The translations under genes were made by a program, and so were the position numbers. This document shows, in pieces, positions 31,466 through 43,479 of a stretch of DNA of 64,000 nt. Every line of letters begins with the position of its first letter. The stretch's first letter is position 1. Below the pieces are notes generated by a model. The model saw only the letters and a program-made list of their open reading frames with translations, was not told the DNA's origin and searched no databases. The stretch comes from Macrostomum hystrix (taxonomy: Eukaryota; Animalia; Platyhelminthes): assembly GCA_950097015.1 (NCBI GenBank), contig CATNEN010000005.1:4650001-4714000 (forward strand). The letters are read 5' to 3'.

Positions 31466-33411
31466 ATGGAATCTGAGCCACAGATTGAGCAACGGCTTGC
31501 TAAAATATTTATAGAAGATGACGACGTTGATCTTCTGTGCTGCCTGCAGCTCGATAAGACACCGTTCTTAGAACTGAGCAACCAGGAGCTGCTCGTGTGG
31601 CCTCTGCCTTCGTCTCCTCCGGCATCCATGCAGCTCTCGACTGACCTAAGCTTTCTCTCTGAGCACTGCAGCATTATCGAGACTGCATTCAGCGCCATGT
31701 CCTTCCGGTGCTTGAGACTTCTCATCGGCACAGACGAGTCCGCAGATAAAAAGCTGACGGAAGTACTGTCTGCAGCCAAGGAGCAGCCGCTGCCGGTTCA
31801 CTGCCTGCTGGCAAAGCTGCGCCTAGCTGAGGGGTCAAGAATAGTCAGCGATGATGACAGTGCTACCGCTGAGGCAGCTGCGGTGAAGTTCCTTCGCGCA
31901 ATGCAGCAAGCCTATCCGACTCTGATGCGGTGGTGCCTGAGCATCGTGAACCGCTCCACCGGTTGCAACGCTTTGGAGACGGCTGTTTCTGCTCAGAAAT
32001 ACAGCTTAGCCAGCTGGCTGCTGCTGGATACGCCCTGTTACCAGACTGAGACTAAAACTCTGACTGGCACCCAACTGATGCGGGTTGAGCTCGACGACTA
32101 TTGTCTATGGCGCGGATCGAGAGTTGGAAAGCATCCGCTCAACACCCTGTCGCTTGACCTGTTCTCAAGCGACAGACTCACGGACTCGATGCGCGCGTTC
32201 TGGGACTCGCAGCTGGTGTCGCAGTGGTCAACGCGGCTGCTGCAGAGGCGCCATCGTGTGTTCCTCTTCAAAGCCTGCCTTGCTAGCGTTGTCAAGGTGC
32301 TGATCATGATGGGAGCCTACGCAGATTTCTATGTCGATTTTAATGTGAAATTGTTTAGAAATCAAAGTGACAAATGTGGCGGATATGCAATGCAATGCCA
32401 GCTTCAAGGCCTGCTAGACAGCCGAGTCGGTCGCTTCTTTAATTGGTTGGCTCTTGTAGCCTACCTGGTAGAGTGCGTGACCGTGATTGCCTTCTTTCAC
32501 GCCTACATGTCCGAGACAAAAGCACAAGGTGAGCTATGCTAAGGTCATGCTCTAATTCATAAGGTTGAATTTCTAAGAATCACACTTGTTCTTCTCGTAG
32601 CTCGTAATGAAGTCGATATAATTATTCATAATTCACAGGTATATCCTATCCAGTGGCACTAATTAGACACTTCAGGTGCAGAGCTATCATTATACTGCCG
32701 CACGCAAATACGATTGTACTTTTGATGGCGACATGCCTAAGCATGTTTCTCAAACAGAAACTTGCCGACTCGGCTGAGCCGGATAAGTTTTTTACCGTCT
32801 ACCAGTCGGAATTTCGACTCCTGGATTTACTGATCTGTTTGATAATGATAATGTGCGGAACGGGTTTCCTGTTCGATTGGTTGATGCTAATCGATCCGCT
32901 AATGGTGGTCTGGTGCTCTTTGGGCAGTGTGCTGTCGTTCGCTCTAACTGTGACAGTCATTGCTCTGCCTTGCTCCTGGCTCCTGGCACTCTTAGTGCCC
33001 TGCGACTCAATCTTTCCAGATCAGATGGGGCCTCTGAGCCTCTTGTTGAGTTTCTATCGCGGAATCAATACTTTGTCATTCTCCGACGCATCAGTGCAAC
33101 GTCTCGGCATAGTGTTGCTAGTGATGCACCTGCTGATTGTTCTAGTCAGTTTTAACTTCCTAGTTGCCATGCTATCTGAAGCGGTGAGTGCCGCTAATGC
33201 CGATCTTCACTATCTGCTCCTGAGCAACAGGCTGTACGCACTGCTGGTTTTGGAGATTGGCTGCAGTGTACTTTTAAGCCGATGCGCGGTCGCATGGAGA
33301 CGAATACAACCTCGCGGCTCTCAGAAGGACGAAGATCGAGCGAAAGAAGACTTCTGGATCGTCAATTTGAACACTGGGGGTGCCTGTCTTGGAGAGAAGG
33401 TCATCGCCTAA
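31466..33411 (+). CDS. Divergent TRP-superfamily (TRPV-like) cation channel, 2 exons, about 611 aa
   Basis: Exons 31466-32528 and 32639-33411 (phase 1, GT-AG). Degenerate ankyrin-like repeats (TGCNALETAVSAQKYSLASWLL), multiple TM segments, an S6-like IVLVSFNFLVAMLSEAV and a TRP-helix-like RLYALLVLEIG. Confidence 0.72.
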
Positions 33412-33489
33412 TGCTTGTTATTTGATGGTTTGACGAACCTTTTTTAAAGTATGTGTAATAAAAAAACGATCCAACTTTAAAAGGTTCAC

Positions 33490-34040
33490 AAGCTAGTAAC
33501 TTCACAAGCTAGTAACTTCACAAGCTAGTAACTTCACAAGCTAGTAACTTCTCACGCTAGTAACTTCACAAGCTAGTAACTTCACAAGCTAGTAACTTCA
33601 CAAGCTAGTAACTTCTCACGCTAGTAACTTCACAAGCTAGTAACTTCTCAGGCTAGTAACTTCACAAGCTAGTAACTTCACAAGCTAGTAACTTCACAAG
33701 CTAGTAACTTCTCAGGCTAGTAACTTCACAAGCTAGTAACTTCACAAGCTAGTAACTTCACAAGCTAGTAACTTCTCACGCTAGTAACTTCACAAGCTAG
33801 TAACTTCTCAGGCTAGAAACTTCACACGCTAGTAACTTCAGAAACTAGTAACTTCACACGCTAGTAACTTCAGAAACTAGTAACTTCACAAGCTACTAAC
33901 TTTACAAGCTAGTAACTTCACAAACTATAGTAACTTCTCAGGCTAGTAAGTTCATAAGCTAGTAACTTCACAAGCTAGTAACTTCACAAGCTAGAAACTT
34001 CACAAGCTAGAAACATCACAAGCTAGTAACTTCACAAGCT
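33490..34040. repeat. 16-bp minisatellite (gctagtaacttcacaa)
   Basis: Tandem copies between two convergent stop codons. Confidence 0.95.
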
Positions 34041-34360
34041 AAAAGTTGTTTTACAAGCTTAGTATTTCTGTTATTTTAAAGTACCATATAGAGCTGTGCA
34101 AACATACGCTCGTCTCGTACATTGTATTTTTCACCCACAAGCACTTCGGTAGGATTAAAAGTAGCATTTTTTCACAAGAATATACTTTGCTACTAAAATA
34201 TTTTGCATTGTTTAGGCATATTAAATTAAAGATCAGGCATTAACAGTAGTGTGTCTCACATTTTCTGTCATTTCTGGGTTTCGATTTGTTAAAAATGGCA
34301 AAGTAGATCATTTGTTTAACTAATAAACGTCGATTAAGTGATAAACTTGTGAAATATGAT

Positions 34361-36670
34361 TTATTTCAGAGTGAAATCCCTTTCTTTCATCGCTTTAGCT
34401 AGAAGCATTGCCTCATCATCAGCCAGGTGCAGCTCTCGCTGAAGGCTGCCACGCCGCTCCCAATCCATCAGCTTGGAGCCGTCAATTTGGCCAGCTGCTA
34501 GGCGCTGACTGACGCTCGTCAATCCGCTTTTCTTGCACCAGAGTTGAACCCACGAAGTCGGATAGCCAAGCATGGTGCGCTGCCACTGACCGTCCGCTGG
34601 TTCAGTGTAGCGTTGAGGACCTAAAGGGTGAGAATAGGTCATTGGTAGATTGCTTGGTTAGGGTAGACTGGTAGTAAGAGCGGTCAAGCCGCGGGCAGAA
34701 GGGTTGGAGGCTTGTCGTGCAATGTACACTGCCTGACGATGAGAAAGTCAGGGCAGAAGGGTTGGAGGCTTGTCGTGCAATGTACACTGCCTGACGATGA
34801 GAAAGTCAGGGCAGAAGGGTTGGAGGCTTGTCGTGCAATGTACACTGCCTGACGATGCGAAAGTCAGGGCAGAAGGGTTGGAGGCTTGTCGTGCAATGTA
34901 CACTGCCTGACGATGCGAAAGTCAGGGCAGAAGGGTTGGAGGCTTGTCGTGCAATGTACACTGCCTGACGATGCGAAAGTCAGGGCAGAAGGGTTGGAGG
35001 CTTGTCGTGCAATGTACACTGCCTGACGATGCGAAAGTCAGGGCAGAAGGGTTGGAGGCTTGTCGTGCAATGTACACTGCCTGACGATGCGAAAGTCAGG
35101 GCAGAAGGGTTGGAGGCTTGTCGTGCAATGTACACTGCCTGACGATGCGAAAGTCAGGGCAGAAGTGCACACCTGTGTGAAGTACACGCGCTGGGGTTTA
35201 AACAAAAGCTTTTAATTATTGTTGTTAAATTGCTTTGCATTAAAAAAAAATTAAATTTGACGTATAGAAAACGCGCCGCTTTTGTGAAATCTGTTTACTA
35301 GTCGTGAGATGTCACAACCAGTAAACACACTTCAGCACGATGGCATTCAAGGCATTGCTGTAAAATAATATAATGACATTTGTGAAATACGTAGCCAATC
35401 TATAGAGGCTGTGACAATGTACGAGCTAGTTGTCTTTTCTAAGCAATGATTATGCTTCTTTGTGAAGCCCTTCTTTTGAGCACAAATAGCAGCAGGAAAG
35501 TATAGCATTTTTAGCATAGAACTATATAGGCCACATATTTTGTTATATGACAACTGACAGCGTGAAGATAATGCTGTGTGACAAACATACAGATCTACTT
35601 GCCAAGTAAAATCTCCAGACCCTAAAGACACTCACCTAGAACAGACCCACAGACACCGATAAACAGAACCGACACTAACAACAGAGCAGACACTAACAAC
35701 AGAGCAGACAATTACAACAGAGCAGACACTAACAACAGAACAGACACTAACAACAGAACAGACACTAACAACAGAACAGACACTAACAACAGAACAGACA
35801 CTAACAACAGAGCAGACACTAACAACAGAGCAGACACTAACAACAGAACAGACACTAACAACAGAGCAGACACTAACAACAGAACAGACACTAACAACAG
35901 AACAGACACTAACAACAGAACAGACACTAACAACAGAGCAGACACTAACAACAGAGCAGACAATTACAACAGAGCAGACACTAACAACAGAGCAGACACT
36001 AACAACAGAGCAGACACTAACAACAGAGCAGACACTAACAACAGAGCAGACACTAACAACAGAGCAGACACTAACAACAGAGCAGACACTAACAACAGAG
36101 CAGGCACTAACAACAGAGCAGACACTAACAACAGGGCAGACACTAACAACAGAGCAGACACTAACAACAGAGCAGACACTAACAACAGAGCAGACACTAA
36201 CAACAGAGCAGACAATTACAACAGAGCAGACACTAGCAACAGGGCAGACACTAACAACAGAGCAGGCACTAACAACAGAGCAGACACTAACAACAGAGCA
36301 GACACTAACAACAGAGCAGACATCACATCAGGAAGACACCTAGAACAGGACGAAACTTGAAGACTCCTAGAAAAGAAAGACACCTGAAGATACCGAGACA
36401 GCAGAGACACTCACAACAGACACAAGTCGTCTCAGCAGACTCACACAAGCTGCTCCACTTGAAGCTGGTCACCCAGGGACAATTGTCGCACGTGAAGACG
36501 TCAAAGCCGACCTCCTCGCCCTGGGCAGCGGAGATGCCAGTCGGCGTGGTCGTAACCCGCAGATCCTGACTGGCGCATTTGTAGCACGTTGAGTAGCCAG
36601 AATTGAAAAACGCCTGTTTGTGAGCTCGAATCTGATCGCCGACTGCTTGATCAGTCGAGATGAAATCCAT
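34361..36670 (-). CDS. Probable small protein: CxxC...CxxC zinc-ribbon-like N-terminus plus SAM-like C-terminus (about 161 aa if 2 exons)
   Basis: Exon 36670-36445 (donor gtgagt, phase 1) and exon 34620-34361 (acceptor ctattctcaccctttag, phase 1) give 486 nt. Motifs CYKC and CDNC; W-V..W....GL.....L....IDG..L matches the SAM helical pattern. An additional internal exon is not excluded. Confidence 0.6.
34695..35165 (+). repeat. 8 x 58-bp tandem array derived from SINE family A
   Basis: Unit gcagaagggttggaggcttgtcgtgcaatgtacactgcctgacgatg(a/c)gaaagtcagg, ending in a SINE-like tail acacctgtgtg. Confidence 0.9.
35670..36322. repeat. 18-bp minisatellite (aacaacagagcagacact)
   Basis: Tandem copies inside the predicted intron of the zinc-ribbon/SAM gene. 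Confidence 0.95.
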
Positions 36671-37997
36671 GATGCTTTTTTTAAAGCTTTTTATATATTA
36701 TCAGCTGTTAAATTATACAGTTTTCTTAGGCCAAATCTGCAGCTTTATCTGTACTTGATGATTTTGAGATGACAGTTTTGATATGCCACATTGTTTAGCT
36801 GTATATAAGTAATGACAGAATTTCATTGTGCCTTAGGTGCTTATAGGCTATAACAATATAAAGAGGCATACAAGACAGCGGTGGGCTCAATAAGGTGAAG
36901 AGCTCAAAGTAAACTAAAAAGCTCACACACTGTGATAATTGGTTGTCAGTCTTTTCCAGACTCAATCTGGAATTTTAATATATAATGAAAATAATTGAAT
37001 TTAAGTAAAAATAAAAATGGCCGATCGTACAGAAAAAACTAGCTTACTGTCATGCATCCAAAAACTACTAAACGTCAGTAGTTTTACCACCTTGATATTA
37101 GCGTCTTAATAGGCGACACAACAAAGTAGCATAATATAAATATTTTAACTTCATAGTAGAAACTAGCCCCAAATAAACGAGGCAAAATTTATTTTATAAT
37201 GACCAGCTTATTGATCAGTTTCGCGAACAAATGCAAAATGCAGTAGGCTACAGTTTTTTTCCGAAGATGATCTAGCTGCTTCCCTAGTCCATGCTAACGT
37301 TAGGACTAACGTTTGCTTCTCGTTATTTATAAGATTTTTATGTAACGTTAATGCGGTAACTAAAAATTAACAATAATTCCAAACTGTAAAATCAATTTTT
37401 AGTCTAATAACTTAATAGATAATAATTTAGTTATTATTTTAATTTGGAGATTTAGGCAGAAATAAAAAAAGTTGCAAAAGAAATATGAATTTTCTTATAA
37501 TACAAAAATCAAGATGGCCGTCAATGAAATTTTAAATTAAATCCTTATTGAACTAGCGGAATATTCTATTATATTCTATAATCTAGATATTCAGCTACAA
37601 AAACTAAAAATATAGACAGATAGTTTAAGAAAAATGTTTATGTTATCGTTATTTGTAAATGTAAATGTTATTTTATAACATAATTTTATAAAATGTTATT
37701 TTTGTTTTAGGCAATGAAATAAAATCTGTTGAAATAATTATTTTGTCTAAATAACTGTTTGCCCTATTGTAGCCAGTGTCTATATAGTATGTTAATATCT
37801 ATTATGTTAGTATTATTTTCTATCTATTATTTATATCTAAAGCAACTTTTTATATGTAGCTTATTCATATTACTAAATAAATTTAACTTAGGCCTAACAG
37901 TTGGCACCTTAGTACAATCATCATAATATTTTTTCAATGTGATAGACATTGTAAGATTGATTTAAAACAATTGACTAATTTTGAATTCCAGATGTAA

Positions 37998-40055
37998 ATG
38001 AACCAAAGGCAACTAAAGCGAAGTATTAATGAAATTGAAGCTAAAATAAAAGACCAAGAGAAACATATAGAAAATTCATTGTCTCAACAAATTTACTATT
38101 TATACCCACTTCAAGATGAATCATCTAGTGGCATTTGTTTGTCAGATATTGATATTGACATTGACAAGATTTTGAGCAACTTTGTCTTAGAAGAGTTTTC
38201 TAATAATGGTCTTCACCTTATTGAGGTGGAAGATACTTCTGATGTTGACCATTTTGAACATGAAGACACATTGCTACAACATTTTGTAGACATTACAAAA
38301 GAATTTTTATCAGACTTATCAGAAAGGTCAGAGTCTTATGACAAAGTCCAAAGTAGCTTCAAAGATGACTTGGCTGCATGGGTTGTTGAAGCCAAAGTGA
38401 GTCAAGTACATATTACGTCTTTACTGCATCTACATGCTAAACATTTTCCAAATTTGGATCTTCCATTGACAGCATCAACATTGTTGGCTCATAGCACTAA
38501 TGCAAAGTCATATTACTGTTCTAAAGATATCTATTATGTTGGTGTACAGTCTGCAATTGAATCTATAATAGATAATTCTTTATCAAGCATACATACCAAA
38601 TCTAATCAGTTGACTCTATTCCTAAATATTGATGGAATCAGTTTTTTCAAAAGTTCTGGCTACCAGTGCTGGCCTATTCTTGGTTTTGTTCCTGAATTAC
38701 AATCTGAACCTTTTGTCATCCAGTTCTATTATTCAAGAGATAAGCCAAATCCCAAACAACTGTGTTCTGAACTGATTAAAGAATTGAATCATCTAATTTC
38801 AAGTGGATTTGATTATTGTGGTCATCATTATGCAATTTTAACAAAGGCAATAATTTGTGATGCACCAGCTAGGTGCTTATTGAAGTGCACTAAGTATCCA
38901 ACTGGTTATCATAGTTGTGACAAATGTAAAGTAGAAGGTACTCGATGTGAGGAAAGAAGTTGCATTGTCTTTGATGAAGTTAATGCTGATCTACGAACTG
39001 ATCTTGAATTTCGACTGCAAATTGATGAGGATCACCATAATGAAGCCAATGGATTATCACCATTTCTTGAATTAAATTCAATTGACATGGTTGCATCATT
39101 TCCACTTGATGTTCTTCATGTGGCATATCTTGGTGTTATGAGAAGGATGATGTATTTCTGGATAAAAGAGGGCCCATACAAGGTCCGAATGCCAAGTCAG
39201 GCTATTAAGACTTTATCTGCCAATTTAGTTTCATTAAAATCACATGTCCCATCAGAATTTTGCCGAAAGCCACGAGGGCTTAATGAGCTTTGCTATTGGA
39301 AAGGAGCTGAATTCCGATCATTTATTCTCTATTATGGAATCATTGTTTTAAATGATGCTAGTATTCCAAAGGACATTTATCCTCATTTTCTATACTTTCA
39401 CATTGCAATGCATCTTCTTTGTGGTAAATCTGCAATGCTAAGTGTAAATGTTGTTGCTGCAACCAATCTGCTAAAAGAATTTGTTACAAAGTCATCTGGA
39501 TTGTATGGACGTGGATTTGTCTCAAACATAGTTCATTCTCTGATTCATTTGCCAAATGACTGTGAAAAATTTGGTGCAGTAGATGCATTTTCTGCTTTTC
39601 GATTTGAAAGTTTTTTGCAGATTCTAAAGAACAGACTATGCAGTGGTAATCAAGTGATTGCTCAACTGAGAAATCGGACTGGTGAATATTTGATGACAAA
39701 AAGGTCCAGGGCTGAGCTTGCCGTACCATCTCACAAGAGTACAATAAGAGTTAACAGCAGAGATTGTTTTATTATCACAAGGACTCTTCAAGTCTGTCTT
39801 GTTACTGAAGTTTTGCCTGCTAAGTTCAAGGTGATGGAATTTACACAGAAAGAAGATTTTTATTCCTATCCAATAAAAAGTTCAGCTGTAGGAATATTTT
39901 TTGTCAAAGATGGCTGTTTTGGAGCACCATTCGATGTCACTGATGATTGCATATTGGACAAGGCTTGCGGTTTTCCTGTAAAGAAAGGATATGTTATCAT
40001 TCCTCTTCGCCTTGACTTTCCAGATTCACATGGAGAAAAATTGGCTTGTTGTTAG
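37998..40055 (+). CDS. EnSpm/CMC-type DDE transposase, 685 aa, uninterrupted
   Basis: Motifs LNIDGISFFKSS..CWPILG, ICDAPAR..KC.K...GYHSCDKC, FPLDVLH...LGV, WKGAEFRSFILYYG, HSLIHL and FSAFRFESFL, typical of animal EnSpm-like transposases. Confidence 0.9.
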   Translation: MNQRQLKRSINEIEAKIKDQEKHIENSLSQQIYYLYPLQDESSSGICLSDIDIDIDKILSNFVLEEFSNNGLHLIEVEDTSDVDHFEHEDTLLQHFVDITKEFLSDLSERSESYDKVQSSFKDDLAAWVVEAKVSQVHITSLLHLHAKHFPNLDLPLTASTLLAHSTNAKSYYCSKDIYYVGVQSAIESIIDNSLSSIHTKSNQLTLFLNIDGISFFKSSGYQCWPILGFVPELQSEPFVIQFYYSRDKPNPKQLCSELIKELNHLISSGFDYCGHHYAILTKAIICDAPARCLLKCTKYPTGYHSCDKCKVEGTRCEERSCIVFDEVNADLRTDLEFRLQIDEDHHNEANGLSPFLELNSIDMVASFPLDVLHVAYLGVMRRMMYFWIKEGPYKVRMPSQAIKTLSANLVSLKSHVPSEFCRKPRGLNELCYWKGAEFRSFILYYGIIVLNDASIPKDIYPHFLYFHIAMHLLCGKSAMLSVNVVAATNLLKEFVTKSSGLYGRGFVSNIVHSLIHLPNDCEKFGAVDAFSAFRFESFLQILKNRLCSGNQVIAQLRNRTGEYLMTKRSRAELAVPSHKSTIRVNSRDCFIITRTLQVCLVTEVLPAKFKVMEFTQKEDFYSYPIKSSAVGIFFVKDGCFGAPFDVTDDCILDKACGFPVKKGYVIIPLRLDFPDSHGEKLACC

Positions 40056-41646
40056 CTTTGCTGAAGGAACCATTGCTGTAATTCCTAGCACCTGGCTTGA
40101 TTCCAATTCTAACACAGTTTACTTCCCACCTGCCAGTGATGACCATCGGAAAATGTATTCTAAGAGCCCAATGGCTAACTGGGACGAATATCATGAATTC
40201 AAAATCGTATTTCGAAGTAGTAAGTGTAACTTTGCTTTTATTTTCAAGAAACAATTTTTTAGCTATCGTTTAAAGTGTTTAAACAATTCGTTTAACTTCA
40301 GATGAATATGCGACTGCTGTCGATAAGGAAAAGAAGTACCAATTTTCAAGTCTCTCTTGCAGCGACTCAGATCATGAATTGGCTAGGAAAAGAAGACGTC
40401 CTGAAGGTATGTTTTCAGATGGATATACTATAATGCATTTTTCCTAATGTATTGACTTGAAATTATTTTCCCGTGCTTATCAAATGCAGAATCCAGGTTA
40501 ATCGACAAACATCCTGCGAATAAAAGAAGCAGTGACACGAGCATCTCAAGATATGAACAGACTAGTGATGACGATGATCCAGTGCCGCCACCTCTTTATG
40601 TAAGAGTAATGACCGCTTACAATCAGAGTCTGCCACTGGGATCTGCAGCTGCCACTTTCATGGACGCGACTACGACACCCAAGTCGGCTGCTGCGGTGAC
40701 GCCTAGCAACGTTGCGACAACCGTGGCTGCTGCGGGGGTGACGCCTAGCAACGTTGCGACAACCGTGGCTGCTGCGGGGTTGACGCCTAGCAACGTTGCG
40801 ACAACCGTGGCTGCTGCGGGGTTGACGCCTAGCAACGTTGCGACAACCGTGGCTGCTGCGGGGTTGACGCCTAGCAACGTTGCGACAACCGTGGCTGCTG
40901 CGGGGGTGACGCCTAGCAACGTTGCGACAACCGTGGCTGCTGCGGGGGTGACGCCTAGCAACGTTGCAACAACCGTGGCTACTGCTTCAACTCAACCGAA
41001 GCTCTTAGACTCTCTAGACGTGACATTAACGCCAAGAGGTGCAAGCGCCAGAAATTCCGCAGCCAGGAATGCTGATTTCGGCATCAGCAATGAGGCCTTT
41101 GAATCTATTGCCACTGAGCTATTGGCAGAACGTGGAGCAAACAGAGACGCAACAACTGGTCCTAGTCACCTCCGTCTTCTTTGTGCGACGTTTGTCTTGG
41201 TTAGAGAAAACAATCAAATGCTTCGCAATCTCATTTCAAAACAGCAGATAAGTTCTGCAAACGTGCTTCAGCAACTTCCTTGCCATTTACCAATTGGAAC
41301 AATTGGTGATCTAAAATTGTTCGAAGAGCACCTAAATGAAAATGAAAATGTCGTTCTGAATTCAATCGGTCGGATCGGTGGTTCAGATGTGCGATCTGCC
41401 ACGTACATGGCATGTAAGACAACCATTTCAGTCAATGTGGCAAAGGTTCTGAATTGGGCTGGGACAAATCGGGCTTCGGAAAAAGCTTCACTAAGAGATG
41501 AATTTCCAAAAACCTTTGACTACATTCTCAAACTGACTCGTTTAAGTCAACCTGATGCGAGTCGAGAAGCTGTTATCGATGCAGTTCAGCGTTGGTTGAA
41601 AAAAGCCCCGTTCGCAAAAAAAGACAGTGCTAATGCCGCAGAGTAG
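40030..41646 (+). CDS. Transposon accessory protein with a DUF4806-like C-terminus, 3 exons, about 483 aa
   Basis: Exons 40030-40219, 40302-40406 and 40490-41646 (phase 1/1, GT-AG). N-terminal WLVVSF..GTIAVIPSTWL, basic NLS-like RKRRRP, and C-terminal LPIGTIGDL..FEEHL..IGGSD..NWAG..QRWLKKAP. Confidence 0.72.
40690..40985 (+). repeat. 39-bp coding minisatellite (TPSNVATTVAAAG)n in the accessory gene
   Basis: Tandem gacgcctagcaacgttgcgacaaccgtggctgctgcggg, in frame. Confidence 0.9.
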
Positions 41647-43479
41647 GCCCAATTTTTTCCTTAAACATAGTTGACTTAATTATCATGCTTTGATTTTTAT
41701 GCCATCAACATCCTAATAATTTTTTCTGTATTTTTTGTTCCAGTTCTATTCGCTTTTTCATTTATTTGCTCACATTTTTTCTGGGGTCGTTACTTCCCAC
41801 AATGACAGCGCAACCAAGACCGAATTTAGGGGGCGCCGCCCCGAAATGCTAACCAAACCACTGTCCTTGTTACATAAGGGCCCTCATACTTGTCGCCCCT
41901 AATAATATTTGAGAGCCTTATACTTAACGCCCCCTTTTTGCGGCACAACGACGCCCATTAGTTTGCCATCTTTTGTATTACTTGATGTAGGTCTTTTATG
42001 TGTTATGTGTCGAGAAAATAAGAATAAAAAACTGAGCTTATGTATTGTTGTATGTATTAAATGTATAGTTGGCCAGGAGGAACGAGGAGATAAGAGGTGG
42101 CTGGCCCCGCAGCCAATCAGAAAAATAAGAGAGAATGCGAGGAGACAGCCATATGGAGAAGTAAGCTGACAGAGGGACAAGAGTGCAGGTAAACTCAACA
42201 AAGATGAGAGGCGGTGAATTCAAGGAAAGATTGATAGTCGCAACACCCAAAAAATGGAGACATTTTTACATTCGAGTAAAACTGGGAAGTAGATTCGAGT
42301 GGCGGTGGGTTGAGGAAACTTACACTGTTTCTATTAGAAGTATTTTTTTATTACCGTATCTATTTAAATAGCTAAATATATTGCAATGTTTAAAGTAATT
42401 GTCACACTTTATTGGACAACTTAGTGGAATTACACATTTGAAAATATTTATTTGGTCAGTTTAATTGCATGATTTTGGTTCACTGTCTTATTCTTGCTCC
42501 AATTAATACTTTTGTTGCATTGGCAACGGTGCGTTATGAAAAATATATAGTATAAAATCAGCACGGAAAAAACCGTTAGGTTATAGTCAGTTATTGTGGA
42601 ATAAAGTAACGTTAAAATTCTAACGGAAAACTAACATTAGTCTAACGACCGAACTAACGGAAAGACTAACGTTAAAGTCTAACGTAAACCTAACGGAAAT
42701 TCGTTCGTCCTGTAACGTTTTTCTAACGTGCTTCTAACGTCAGACCTTGGACTAGGGTTGTATACAGTATTTTGATGTTTTTCAATGCTGTTATTCTGCA
42801 AAGATACAGTTATGCAGCAAAACAGGCGTCGAGTACATCCTGAAACGAGTAACTTAGCGGTTTTGTATGCTTTGTGTTCGAGATGGCATTTGAATTTTTG
42901 TATGTTAGTTTAAAACATAGCCACAAAACAGCAAGGAAAAAAAATTTAAACCCGCCAGAGTTTTCAATTATCGTGATCGTAGTATATCAAATACAAGTAT
43001 AATTTTTACGTTTTAAACTAAAAAATACTCTTTTTTAACTAAAAATATGCACTTAAACTTACAAGTAATAAGAAACAAGCTTTTAAATAAATACAAAGTG
43101 GATGTTGTAAAGAATAGTTCATGGTTTCAAGTTAAATAATTTCGATAAAACGCGATGACGCACAGCGTGTTTATATGAGTTCGTCTGCTCATCATTTCGT
43201 GTTGCTGTGTTGTCTTTGTTCGCATTAGCGCTAAGTTGCTTGTATGATTCGTTTTTTGCAGAGTCATAAGAAGCTAATAATTAAGAGTACCCCGCTTTCA
43301 CATATGATCCAACCACATTTCGTTGTTAAAATATCCCGCTGTGCAATTTTAAGTAAAAAGTTGTCATAGAAAAAGATATATACTATTGACGTTTAAAATT
43401 ACAATATCAGTTAACTGAGAATAGTTTTACGACACGTAATTAGATAGTAAATCGAGATACTTCCACCTCATTAATTACA

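Larger units (their letters stand above)
37282..42757 (+). mobile_element. Full-length EnSpm/CACTA-like (CMC superfamily) DNA transposon, 5476 bp
   Basis: Left end CCCTAGTCCA (37282) and right end TGGACTAGGG (42757), flanked by TT on both sides (2-bp TSD). Clustered CTAACG/TAACGTT subterminal motifs at both ends. Two genes inside. Confidence 0.88.

Noticed and set aside
35347-35631. 94-aa minus-strand ORF as an extra exon of the zinc-ribbon/SAM gene
   Set aside because: AT-rich, with no motif and no convincing donor; the two-exon model is already phase-consistent.
41868-42270. Possible solo LTR (TGTTACA...TTTTACA, with a CCAAT box) nested in the EnSpm element
   Set aside because: The flanks (gtcct / ttcga) show no target-site duplication and there is no second copy in the window.
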